64,000 bases of DNA from Octopus sinensis (taxonomy: Eukaryota), in NCBI RefSeq assembly GCF_006345805.1, contig NC_043000.1, positions 121,582,001 to 121,646,000 on the forward strand, read 5' to 3'. Made by a program: the position numbers and the translations under genes. Below are positions 12,421-25,325 of the stretch, one piece after another. The notes under the pieces were generated by a model that had not been told where the DNA came from, did not search any database, and was given only the letters and a program-made list of their open reading frames with translations. Each line of letters begins with the position of its first letter. Within the stretch, counting starts at the first letter, position 1.

Positions 12421-13049
12421 AGGGATGTCTATGGCAGTATCAGTAAGTCTAAAATACGTTGATTTTATTTTCATTGATATTTCATCGTCAAGTTTTATGT
12501 ATAAGGTATAAGAAACTTTCCTTGTTCTATTGAAGATTTATTGACTTTATTTCTTTTGATAAATTCTACCTTAAGATATTCACGGTTTACATCTTCAAAA
12601 TTTACTCATCTTAAAACATTTTTAGTTAATATCCCTTTCATCCATATATTTGTGTTTCTTGTTCCGTTTCAGTAGATCTGTTTTTGACAGTACTCTAGCG
12701 GGGTTATCGTGTCCGAATTTTTGTACTTGTTATATTTCGCACATTTTAGATCTGTCTTGGTTGCTTACATTCTCAATATATTTTTCTAATATAATATTAG
12801 TGATTGGTTGATATTGTGTAATTGTGTTTTCACATTGTATTCTTTCTTTAGAGGCTTCTATCTTCCTTTTTGCTATTATACAAATCTTATATTTTCTGAA
12901 GTTATTCTACGACGCTATAAGGTTACAGTTATTTCGTCTTTTCATCCGACGTGAGTATATTGTAAGGATATAACTATTGGTGGTGAGAATGTGTCAGTAA
13001 AGATTATATATAAAAGAAATCGTATTATTCTCGAACATATTCATATTTT

Positions 13050-13160
13050 CTACTATAGCCCGAGGCTATAATAGTAAACGCTTGCCGAAAGTGCCAGGTA
13101 GTGGGAATGAACCATGAAGCATGTGGTTCAGAAGCGAGCTTTTTACCACACAGTCACACC
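13050..13160 (-). mobile_element. CORE-type SINE head fragment
   Basis: TACTATAGCCCGAGG..CTTGCCGAAAGTGCC..GTGGGAATGAACC..CATGTGGTT..TTACCACACAG resembles the reverse complement of 63856-64000. Confidence 0.55.
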
Positions 13161-13566
13161 GTTAAACGGACGAAAATATAACTTTTACCATATTTTGTCC
13201 ATCATTTCCCCTTCAGTCTTATCGTAAAAAATCATCAGGATTTTCATCTTTCACATTATGTGCTTATATTATAGACAAGCTATGACAAAATTATAATCTG
13301 CTTTATAACAGATATGAACAAATATAAAACTTCAGGTCAAACAACCAAGAGCTCTTAATAAACGCTAAACAGTTGAACGAGTCGCAGAACTGTGCAAAGC
13401 CAAATGGAAACAATTTACTAAAGAAATATATCGCATGATAAAGTTAGTGACCAGTTACTTAAAAAATACAATTTCGGAAAGGAAGGTAGGTATAAAATTG
13501 TTATTTGTTATGTTAAAGAAAAAATCATTTAGAAACGCAGATATATTTCTTGCCATTATTTCAATA

Positions 13567-13660
13567 GAGACCCTGGGGTCGATTCATTCGACTAAATATG
13601 TTCAAGGCGGTGCCCCAGCAAAGCCGCACTCTAATAACTGAGGCAAGTCAAAAACAAGGG
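13567..13660 (+). mobile_element. SINE 3' part
   Basis: CTGGGGTCGATTCATTCGACTAAA..AAGGCGGTGCCCCAGCA..GCCGCA..ACTGAGGCAAGT matches the tail of the SINE at 36707-36800 (opposite strand). Confidence 0.55.
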
Positions 13661-14348
13661 TATATATAGTAAAGATGAAATTTTCTCTAGACATATTTTT
13701 GTTGTCATATACTCTGAATATCTTGAAATTCTACCAAATAATATTTGGATTTATCTGTTTGCATAAGGATTTACCTGGAATTTGTATTACATGTACCTAA
13801 TTGTAAGGCATTATTAATCAAGAAGATGCGTGGTTTACTACATAGCGTATTCAGCTCACGATCGATAATTCATTTGAAGTTTCTGTCGTCACCTTAGCTG
13901 GTAAAAATGAGAAGTAACTCTATTTCAACAGTCCAAGCTTGTCGCATTCTGTGTCACGCTGAATTTTGTGTGGCTGGCTCAACCATTCGTACGTTAATTA
14001 CACGAGTAGTCATTCATCTTCATATTACTGTCTTCTGTATTTTGGCATACATGATATTCTAAAATCCGGTGGTTAATATAAAAATAACGTTTTAACGTCA
14101 TACTATAAATGATGATTGATATCAAAGAAGACAATACGTTTCGAAGAAATCATGGTAAGGATTTACTTCATGAGTATTTTGCTGCATAAAACCATATAAA
14201 CATGTTTTATTAACTGGATATGAATGTAGTTTGTCCAAAATTACCTACGAAAGCACTTTATAAAATATGTGTTGATTCATTCCATGACTATTGAAATGCT
14301 CTAACGTATTACAAACAAGGATGTGTTTACAATATACAGATATATATG

Positions 14349-14750
14349 TTTCTTTATTGCCCACAGGGGGCTGAATATAGGGGGCACAAACAAAGGGATT
14401 AAGTCGATCACATCGACCCCTGTGCGTAACTAGTACTTATTAAATCGACCCCGAATGGATGAAAGGACAAGTCGACTTCGGCGCAATTTTTCTCAGAACG
14501 CAAAGACAGACGAAATACCTATTTCTTTACTACCCACAAGGGGCTAAACAGAGAGGAGATAAACAGGGACAGACATGCGGATTAGGTCGATTATATCGAG
14601 CCCAGTGCGTAACTGTCACTTAATTTATGGACCCCGAAAGAATGAAAGGCAAAGTCGACCTCGACGGAATTTGAACTCAGAATGTAGCGGCAGACGAAAT
14701 ACCGCTAAGCATGTCGTCCGGCGTGCTAACGTTTCTGCCAGCTCGCAGCC
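14349..14750 (-). mobile_element. tRNA-derived SINE, head plus two tandem units
   Basis: Head GG(C)TGCGAGCTGGCAGAAACGTTAGCACGCC, then two ~180-190-bp units each starting GGTATTTCGTCTG and ending GTGGG..AAAGAAA. Confidence 0.85.
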
Positions 14751-15589
14751 ATATGCATATATATATTATGGAAAGATCAAAGATCAAATACAGACGAGTC
14801 ATAAAATTTTCACATGGCCCGGGAAGTTCTGTATGTGTGTGAGCCTGTATGTGTGTGTGTGTGTGTGCGCGCGCGAGTGAGTGTTTCTGTGTGTGTGCAT
14901 GTACATATGTGTACGTATTTACGCTGCAATTTTATTCTTACAGCTCCTGTTAAACTAGATACTCCCTATAAGAAACCCGGCACCTTAAGTACCGGGTTTG
15001 ATTTGTAAGGTTTAAACACTTCAAGTAGATGCTGCAGTATGGCAGAAGTCTATTAAAATAAACTATGGCAGAATAACATAACAAAAAATATAATTGAGAA
15101 TGTAGCACATAAAACAGAGTATACAAGTGTCCTGATATTATAAGTATTTCTATATAGAAATGCGCGTTGAGATGAAACATTTAATTTTTATTATTTATGT
15201 TATGTTAGCTCCCATATTGGCATTCGGAATTGCTAAATAATATTACAGTATTAAAAATTACATTGGAATCACGTCAATACATTTGGAATATTTCTCCCTA
15301 CTAACAGATGTGCGAGACATCAGGTGTTATTTGACGAGTAGATATGGAATATATGCGGCATCATTTTTAATATTACATTCTTTCATAAATTGTAATCAGA
15401 AAATGGTTTAAGGCTTTCAAAGCAAAAAACATGGTGAAAGTATTTGTCTAAAGGAAGAATAAACAAACCAAAGGTTTCATATCAATTAATCGGGGAAGAC
15501 TCGCAACTACATACATATAATTTTATTCACATACACACACAGAAATACACATGCGTGTATATACATACATTCACACATACATAAATATA

Positions 15590-15652
15590 TGTGTGTGTAT
15601 GTGTGCATGAATATATATATACATATATATAGAGAGAGAGCTATATATATAT

Positions 15653-15692
<40 letters not shown>

Positions 15693-15713
15693 CGTACATA
15701 CATATATATATAC

Positions 15714-15775
<62 letters not shown>
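15590..15775. repeat. (TA)n-rich microsatellite
   Basis: Directly visible. Confidence 0.95.
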
Positions 15776-16959
15776 GTTTGTGTTGTATATGCATGAGTTA
15801 TGTTTGTATGTCTAGTTCTTCTTTCCAGTATTACAAATAATGAAGATGCGGGTTTTTCAGTTTTAATAAAGATGGAAACAAATATTCTGAAATTTTAATT
15901 TACTAATTTAAGGGCTGTGTTTTCTCATGTTTTTGCAGATGGAAGTAATAACTTTATTTGAAAGATTAAAACGAAATGCATAAATTGCACCTAAAAACAT
16001 TTCTCAAATATTCCAGTCCCTCGTTATATAACTAATACCTCTTTGACGTTTGATGTTTTATGCTGATTTCTGAAATAAATAAATAAATAAATAAATAAAT
16101 AAAAGTAGAACATGCTAGAAAGATATCAGGGAATTATTGATAATTTCGGAAAAAGTTGATGGTTAAATTCATCTTATACATTTTGGAATAATTTAAAATT
16201 AATTTTATAGAGAAATTACGTTACAATAATACTTTTTTTATGTAATACTAGTTAGTTATTTAAAAGTTCATATAAGATTGGAAAAAATTTTCCCTACTCT
16301 TGCAATCCTCATAAACGCATAGCTTTGAAATGTAATTGTTTCATGCACGTGTTTTATATTTTTAAGTAAACCATACAGAGTAGACATGTGGAGTATGCCT
16401 CAATGGTACAGGCAACTACAAGGTTCTCAATATCTCGAAATGCCTCATGGAAAACAATAATAAATATGTCAGAAGTGCATTCTACAACCTAGAATGTCGA
16501 CCAAAAAGAGGAAAAAGACTCAAGTAGTGGGTAAAGCATAAATATGGGAAGAGCATTACTAAAGAAGGCGAGGAAAAGATTTAGTGACATGAGGAATACA
16601 TTCGGGTTAAAAATAATGACGAACTTGGTATAAACACCTAATCTTCAAAGCCGCCGAGTTAGCCATGTCCCAAATATATTCATTCTAATTGATACTTTTT
16701 ATTAAAGGCAACAATTTAATTTCATAAAATAAATCTTACTATTACAGAATTGCTATTATATTAATAATAGAATTTACAGTGCATATATTTTATACTTCAA
16801 ACAGACAAAACACTAAAGACTAGGGACAAAAGTAACCTCACAGAAAAATCAAAGCAGATGTAGGCTAGAAAAGGAATTCCTCGTGCCTCAGAGACAATGT
16901 TGCAAAACTTTTGAGAACACAGAGTATAAGTGGAGGAAAACTAGAAACACCTTAACCAG

Positions 16960-17385
16960 CTGAACATATTCCTTAGTGGCTGTCGTTATGTGCATCTATG
17001 ATCACGAGCAGAAATAGTCATGTGTTGATAGTAATTCTTAGGGATTAGAATAATCCACATCTGGCAACATAGATGTTTTGTTCACTATCTTTGGACAAAC
17101 CCTATTCAAGGACCTTTTTGAACAGAATGGGCTACTAGACTCAAAGAAAATTCTTACTGGATCCCACCCGGAAAGTCCTGCGCAGCTTACATTGATATGA
17201 AATAACCATGACGCATACGTATGGTTGTGATGCATGCGCCTAGTTTACACTTATCGGGTGTGTAGTCACGGTAGGTATATTTGGCTTCGTATATTTTTAG
17301 CCCAGTGTCACTTTGATGACATATGCTGCTCTCTAACTCTATAATAATAATAATAACAACAACAACAACAACAACAATAATAATG

Positions 17386-17436
<51 letters not shown>

Positions 17437-17460
17437 GTAATAATAATAAAAATAATAAAG
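16960..17460 (+). mobile_element. (TAA)n-tailed retroposon 3' end
   Basis: 17215-17340 is the reverse-complement homologue of 44765-44888. Both end GCTCTC(T/A)(A/C)ACTC-like then (TAA)n. 5' boundary uncertain. Confidence 0.55.
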
Positions 17461-19649
17461 ATATGTGAAATGAAAATAATGGATGGAGAAAAAGAAAAAT
17501 TGATGGAAAAGGAATTTATAGATAGAAAATAACAGAAAGAAGAAAAGGAAAGATGAGGAATAGGGACTTCTTGACATGCAACCATTGACAAAAGACGATG
17601 GGAGGAGATTAGAGAAATCTACTACACAATAAAGGCTATAGTTTCAGCTGAGTTCCATATATCACACGAAGAAGTTAAAAGCATTCCGAAAATTGAAGAT
17701 TTAACGATCAAAATCACCATCATTAAGAAAAACGGAAGCCTGCAGGATACATTTGACAGTAACGAAAGTTAATGATATGTACAAAATATATACAATTAAA
17801 TATCATTAATACCATCTTTGATGGAGTATACTTTGAAAATGTACTTCTCAAGAAATATGTGTCCATGTATATATATATACATATACACACACACACGCAT
17901 ATATATATATCATATAGCTATCTAGCTAGACAGATCGATCGATATATCTAATTTATATATATGTATGTACATATGAATGTATGTGTACATGTCTATTTGA
18001 CGATAAACACAATTACATAGTACACACGCGCTCACGTACAGAGACACACACATATGCACATAGTCATATACATAAAAATTTGCTTACGTATATACACACT
18101 AATATGTTGTATTATTCGCTTAAATCTCAATATAGCATACCCTTCGAAGTAAAAAATCAATAAAATGAAAAACGAAGAACTTGGAAAAATAACTAAAGAC
18201 TCGCAAACCAGATTTGACTCGACGACTTAGAATTTTGGAAAAGAAAATTTGGAAGCGAATCTACGAATTATATGCAATATTTCAATGGAAATATACTTTA
18301 GAACGTACAACGTATACTGCATAAAAATAAGAGGAAGAAAAGGAAAGAATTAATGCCGTAACTGGAAACTAAATAGAATTCTACATAGCATGTATATGTG
18401 TATGATTTGGAAAATGGAATTTATGCTTATAATATTGGTTTCTACCAATGTTGAAATTATGTAGAATATCATCCAATGAAATTTCAGAATTTATTTCATT
18501 GATTCTCGTGTTTGAGAATATTCAAAGTTGACCCCTACGAGAATTTAAACACCGAATTCTTTTGAGAAAGAGGAAATATGGAGAAAAAGCAAAGAAAATA
18601 CTTGTTGCGCATTCTCTCTTATACTGCTACACTGCAAATTTATGAGAATAGGAGGAGTCGATTAAGTGGATCGATGTATAATAGTTCATCATCATTAGGT
18701 TATCGACCTCCAGATAATGAAAGGCAAAGCAATAATATCTGTGATTTCGTATTAACAAAGCGAATGATATGCAATACAGTAATCAATAATATAACAAGAG
18801 TAAGGACAATATCTGCCAGTCAGCGTTTTTGAGAATTGCGATATCGTCAATCGTCACGTTTCTATGTTTTGTTAATTTTTTTTCTTCAAGGAGATATGAT
18901 GCATACTGCTCACATTTATCAAAATTAAATAAAAATTTTCAAACTTAACAGGCAAAATGCTTCACTGAGAATTCATACAGTATGGATTCATACAGCATTT
19001 AAATTACAGAGTTAAAAAATATATATGAAGTCTGAAGATAATGAAATGAATACATAAATTGCAGAACGTAAAATAAATTAGCAAAATTTTGTAAATCTTT
19101 TAAACAATGAAAATAGCGCATAAAACAAAATCAAATACAAAACACCAAAACGAAAGCGAATATATTTATAATACCCTATGTGCGCTAACATTTGAATACC
19201 CTGCACTAACAATATATATTTATATTCTCATTAAAATACTACAACCGCATGTAACCACAAATAAGCAAATTCGACCAGCAGGTATTTCTAACAGAAACAA
19301 AGGAAAGAGATGCAACAACAAAATCAATAATTTCAGGATCAAGTGTAACATATCTCGAAGCTGTAAATACAAAATGAAAGAAGTAAATTAATAAAACAAT
19401 CGGAAACTTCTTTGAAAATTATACTGAAGTATACAGCCAGGCGCCTCATTTATTTGTTCTGAAAGAAGCATTAGAGATCAAATGTTTAAATGACCTAATT
19501 TTCTCCGTAGCCTGGATGATATCGACATCCAGAAAATTATTTCTCTACTTAATAGTGTAAAAACACCCATTTCTTGAAGTTGAAAAAGAAACTGAATAAA
19601 AGTATTTTATAGAAAAATAAAGGAAATATACATTTGAAAGACAAATAAA

Positions 19650-20480
19650 TAAAGAACAAAATAGGATCAAATAAGAAGGAGGATGGAAATGTGAGAAAAT
19701 GGGTAAACGAACAGAGAATGCATTGTATGAGCATAAAAGTGCATTGCACGTTAAAAAAGTAGTACAACTGATCCTATTAAAACTCGAACAGAATACAGAA
19801 TTTTCAAAACAAATAAAAAACAAAAGATATTTGAAATACACACTAAAACGTTCTACCAGAGAACAAATTAAAAGATATTTAAACAAACATATTTCAGCAT
19901 CAAATCATATGAAGCGAACCTCTGCACCACAATAAGAGAATTATAAATAGCAGAAAGGGACGAACTAATGAATAATCCCAGCACTAACATGTGACAACAT
20001 AACAAAGAATGCTGGGAAATGCATGTTAATCACTCTCAAGCTTTTAGGAAAATATTTGGAAGTAATTGTGTAATTTCCTTCAGCTGTCACCGTCATTATC
20101 TAAAAACACACATTGGATTAAAAGTTTATGGGTCGAGAGTGCCCCGTCTCTACCTATATTTTGAGACGAACAACAAAATGGGGCATTCTTTCGACATAAC
20201 TCAACAAAATCAAAATACTACACTTTGGGTATTTCCGTGGAAGCAAATGACAGTTCGATTCTGTTTTCCGCTTGGAAATTTGCGGATTTTACATACTCAC
20301 ACGAAACAGGTACGAACAAATATGAAAGGCTTTTTTTTTCTTCAAGTTTAAAATGGGACATTGCTGGCATAATTTCGTTATATCTATACACCACAACCCA
20401 CGGAAATACCCGAAGTGAGATGTCTCGACCTTGTCGAGCTATATCGAAGGAATGCCACAAAAGATCAGTAGACGCTCAGA
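19650..20480 (+). mobile_element. Very degenerate LINE RT remnant (L2/CR1-like, tentative)
   Basis: HVNHSQAFRKI (D.SKAFD-like) and QVRTNMKG..GIISLYL (GV.QG.IISP.L-like), in shifting frames. Confidence 0.22.
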
Positions 20481-21042
20481 AACTTTAAGTTTACAAGGTG
20501 TATTATTTAAAACTTTGAATATTTTACACTTATGAGGATGCAACATAATTCCCGAAACATTTGGGAACATAAGATAAGTAAAGAAATATCAAGAAATATG
20601 TTATAAACAAGTAGAAATATGAATATCATTCTTATGGTAAGAAAAAGGAAAACACACACCTTATACTTAGCCACGAATTATCCAGAGTTGAATAGGGGGA
20701 TGTTTTTGTATAGACCATCCTTATTTCTATTCTAGACCTTCACGTAAATTACGCAAACGAACTACCATTAATTTAAGAATAACAAACAACTGGATAATTG
20801 TAGTTAAATAGCATACTTATATAAGGATATCCTTAAGGAGAATAACGCACAAAACACTATTCTGTTACAGAAAACAGAACTATCATAAGGCTGTGCTACA
20901 TGAGTTTGAATTACGCTAATTACTCTGGGATGCGTTCATACAGAAGACAACAATATCACAGTGACAAAACTATGATAACTATTATAAAAATGTTCTGTCT
21001 ACCGGTACATTTAGATTACTGTCATAATAAATATATATATGG

Positions 21043-21315
21043 TGTTGTTGTATTTAGGAATGGTCATGTTGCCAGCTTAGCCAATAAAAACATACTCACT
21101 ATATATTTGATGTTAATTTGCTCCAGCTTTATTTTATTTTTTACCTTAATCGTAATCTTATTTCGGCCAGAGTTCTTTCGTCACACTTCTGTGACCTAAT
21201 CAGTGGTCCTTTGCTTTATTGGCTAAACTGGCCACATGACCATTCCTAAATACAACAACATCTGTTTCAACACACGATTTCACACCAAGAAACTTGCAAA
21301 ACAAATATATAAACG
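21043..21315 (-). mobile_element. Small element with 46-bp inverted repeats enclosing a hammerhead motif, copy 1
   Basis: IRs at 21043-21088 and 21215-21260 (2 mismatches), 55-bp asymmetric extension, (TA)n at both ends. Homologue at 27292-27610 in the opposite orientation. Confidence 0.8.
21165..21209 (-). ncRNA. Minimal type-I hammerhead ribozyme motif (G8U substitution)
   Basis: GGACCA CUGAUUA G GUCAC agaagu GUGAC GAAAG AA CUC UGGCC: stem I CCA/UGG, 5-bp stem II. Confidence 0.6.
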
Positions 21316-21365
21316 TATATATATATATAAACATATTCATAATTTGAAACTGACTTATTGGAAGT

Positions 21366-21408
21366 CCACCTGAAGATTGTCGATCAAGACAAGAAACGAT
21401 TGTAGTGG
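21366..21408 (+). ncRNA. Minimal type-I hammerhead ribozyme motif, intact core
   Basis: CCAC CUGAAGA UUGUC gaucaa GACAA GAAAC GAUU GUA/GUGG: canonical CUGANGA and GAAA, GUA cleavage triplet, 4-bp stem I, 5-bp stem II. Confidence 0.78.
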
Positions 21409-21580
21409 CGGTTTTTTTGACTATTTATTAAAATTGTATGTATTGATTAAGTCTTTCCTTGTTTGTTTTGCAAAATAGTGGTTTTGTCTCTAATAATATT
21501 TTATAATATTTTACTATAAAATTGGATTTAATCCTAAATCTGATTTTTTCCCTGTAAATTTGGATTTATTCCCTAATATT

Positions 21581-21584
<4 letters not shown>

Positions 21585-21659
<75 letters not shown>
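21585..21659. repeat. Pure (TA)n microsatellite
   Basis: Directly visible. Confidence 0.97.
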
Positions 21660-21662
<3 letters not shown>

Positions 21663-22049
21663 TAATTAGAGCTTGTTATTAACAATAACTCACATTAATA
21701 AAGATGGCAAGTGTTGTGCTCATTGTGAGCCATATTTGAAATAAAATTATTATGCAGGCAACACAGGCAAAGTCTAAAAGAACATAATTGAAATACGCAT
21801 CCAAAACTTATATATATACATATATATTCCCAATAAAATGGAAATGGAATTGTTTATTTAGTGCTTCCCTTATCTTGTCCGGGTCTGCAGTTAGTGAGTT
21901 GTTTTTACAAAATGGTGGCCCTATCTTATAGTGTACTGAGGCATACTCCTTTGCAAATGAGTAGAAAGCTTTGGGATTTATTTTTATTTTTTTAACTACC
22001 CAGATTTCTCTTTCTTCTCTTTCTTTTTCATGGGAGATTTTGAATTAAT

Positions 22050-22720
22050 TTCTATCTAGAAGAGTTTCACTGTCAGGTGGTATTTCACACTGTCATTAAA
22101 GTGTTTGTTTAAAAGATTTGCGATCTTCACCGCATGAGTATTCTTCTGTCGAGGGAACTGATGTTTTCGTGGACATATTTAATGGGTATATTTAATGCAT
22201 ATGACTCGCATTATTGACAGGAATTTATTGAGTTTCATATCTATGTCTTGCATAGAGAGGCTTGTAGTCTAGTATCTGTTTTTCAAGTGATTTATACTTA
22301 GCCTTATAGAAATATAAGCTGGAGAGATTCTCAGCGCCAGCTGTGCGGAGTTTATATTTAGTTAATTCCGAGCCACACATTGTCCGTTCTATCATGTTTT
22401 GGTCTGTGAATATTGTCGGTGATATATTAAACGTTGTGGATAATGTCCACATTGTCTGTAAAACAGAGGTTCGGGATATTTGTGTGCCTGGTTGGAGAGA
22501 GTATGATCTTCTACATGAATAGCATTTTCATAAGATCAAGTAGAGATTTCGTTCTTTGTGCGTCATTCCTAAAGTTATATTGCCCTCAGGACAAATGATC
22601 TTGGGAAAATTGAAGTCACATATCAGGAATATAGTAGTACGTTGATACAGTTTAGTTAGTACTTCCTTCATCGCACTGAGGCCGTCCTAAAATTCTCCAT
22701 TATGATTTGAGGCATCATGT
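22050..22720 (-). mobile_element. Degenerate RTE-like LINE RT remnant
   Basis: ILSPT..NIPNLCFTDNVDII (LRFADDIDLI-like) and ISSLDRRILM. Many stops. Confidence 0.35.
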
Positions 22721-22829
22721 GAGCAATACAGTGTGCATATCACTACATCAAGTTACTTTAGATGGATATATACATGTATGTATGCATCTATATATATATA
22801 TATTTCTTTTACATCAGTCCAACCATCCA

Positions 22830-22896
<67 letters not shown>

Positions 22897-25136
22897 GAAT
22901 TGGAGTCAAACGCAGGTGTGATTCAAATCATTTATTCTTCTAGCATATGTTTCAAAGAAAGCATTGAAATTAATTCTAAGGGAATAAAAATAATGTAAAA
23001 AATGCAATCATCTCCTCAAGGTAAAAAGGAATAAAATGCATCAATAAGCCATTTTAACCGATTGTGATTACCGCGCACGTAACTATATGATGGAATGAGA
23101 AATCTAGTAACTTATTTTTTAAAAATCCGCTACTAGATTTAACGTCAAAGGTAAAGTAGAAAAAAAAGAAATGAGGATAAAGAAAGACATTAACAGAAAA
23201 ATAAAATTGGTAAAATATAATGTGATAGATAAATGGAAATAAAGTTTAAAAGCGTGGAAATAGATATATGTAGTGGAAATTAAATACAAGAAGACAGTTA
23301 AAGGTCGACTTTTTTAGATTGGTTGAAATTACTTATAGGGACTAAAGGTATGTTTTTGTCAATGTTTACAACAATAAACGCATTCCTTAAGAGTGTTCAT
23401 AGAGAAAAGGTTAAAAAAATTTTTCTTCATTGGAGACCGGACAAAAGTTTTACATTTGTCATATTGGAAGGCTCTAGATAGAATTTTCCAATCCAAAACG
23501 TATTGTTAATAATGTTCCTCTAGAGACCAAATTAATTTACTAAGCCCAGTATTGTTGAGTTTAATGATATGTTATTGATTACAGTGCTGACAACATCCAC
23601 AAAAGAACCTCAAGGCTGGAATGATTAGGACGGGTCTAGCAGAGTGCTGCTAATCATTCATAGAGTGTGAGGGGTGTGTTTACTTGCTGCTGAAGGGTAT
23701 TTTCAAGATTTCTATTCATGGAGTTTGGCGTCTGAGAGTATGAAAAGGTTTTTCATATGTAAACGACATGCACGCATATATTCTAGTGATTCTGCTACAA
23801 AACAAACCATTTCAATATTTCAAATTCTCACTTCTTTTAGGAAGGAAACAATTATTTCACAATTAAGAGAAATATATGGCATTAGAGCTAATCCAGAAAG
23901 GAAATAAATATAATTTCTTCTTATGCCAAATGCAAAGGCGTTTGACGTCATGCTGATGACAACATTCTGTTATGGAAATAATATTAGAATCATTAATTAA
24001 ACGCAAACGAAAGCAACAACATTAAAAGTAAATGATGACGTTTAATGAAGATTCGGAGAGTAGAAATATTTTTTATTGCATTTTAGAACCGTCTTATTCT
24101 GCCATTTCTCTGAACAAAGGGTATTAATCTTGACTACGACACTCTCTAGAACCACATTGTCAGACGAGGCCTTCATTTATAACAAGTCAATGTGAAAGTT
24201 GAAAGTGATGTCATAGATATTGTTAGACTGCACCCTTGCTCCTGCTCATGAGAAATTAAACGAGGCCATTTTAAGAGTTATATATTCAATAACGACATAC
24301 GAAATATATTCAAAACTGTTCCGAAATATCATTACAGAATAAGGGGGGCGAGACACGGGATTAATTCACGAAAGCAAGGAGAATATCTCAATGTGAGTAT
24401 TAAAATTAAGAAACCTCACAGATTTACAGATTGCTTATTCCATTATCATAACCTAAACGTTTCTATTAATATCATGCTAAGATTGATTACACGTTTAGAA
24501 GAGAACGTTATCTTACAAGGAGAACAAAAAAAAAAGATGCAGGAGATGGTTCAAGATTTAAAAAATTAATATTTGTAGTTTACATATATAAAAGAGGCCA
24601 TGAAACAAAACACTGCACGGAGGATGACAGTGCCTTACTTTCATATACATTTTAAATACTAATATTTATTAAAATAGCCGAATGAATATCATTCTAAAAT
24701 GTAGAAAAGCTACGCACTCACATAAGCATTTATGAATCAAAAGTGAATAAATAACAATTAACAGATGACTGTTTTACTGAAACTCCCCCTTCCTTACTGT
24801 TGAATCTCATTACCTTTAGTATATATGCTACAATGAGTTAGAGGCAATGTATAGGTAAACAAAGAGATTCATATTAACATATTCCCCAAAAGAGATAAGA
24901 TGAAATAGATGATGTAAAAGAAAGCATTTGAAATTGGCCTCCAAAACATTTGCTCAGTCAGCCCCCATTGTATTTCAAACGAGGAAAAACGGAAGATAAG
25001 GAATTACAAATCCATGCAAAAAACTAAATGGAATGCGGCAAAAATGCAACGTGCATTCAGAGAATATTTACCAGAAACTATACAAAGGATTACCAATCTT
25101 TAGGATCATCTAAGAATCAATTTCCATAGAACATGT

Positions 25137-25137
25137 A

Positions 25138-25168
<31 letters not shown>

Positions 25169-25271
25169 TGTATGTATGAATGGATGGATGGATGGATGGA
25201 TGGATGGATGGATGGATAATTGTGTGTATGTATGTAGTTATCTATCTATCTATGTATACATATATATATAT

Positions 25272-25322
<51 letters not shown>
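25137..25322. repeat. Compound (TATG)n-(TGGA)n-(TATC)n-(TA)n microsatellite
   Basis: Directly visible. Confidence 0.95.

Positions 25323-25325
<3 letters not shown>

Noticed and set aside
15920-15990. Strong-looking acceptor TTTTTGCAG followed by ATG
   Set aside because: Only 14 codons follow, with no usable donor or homology.
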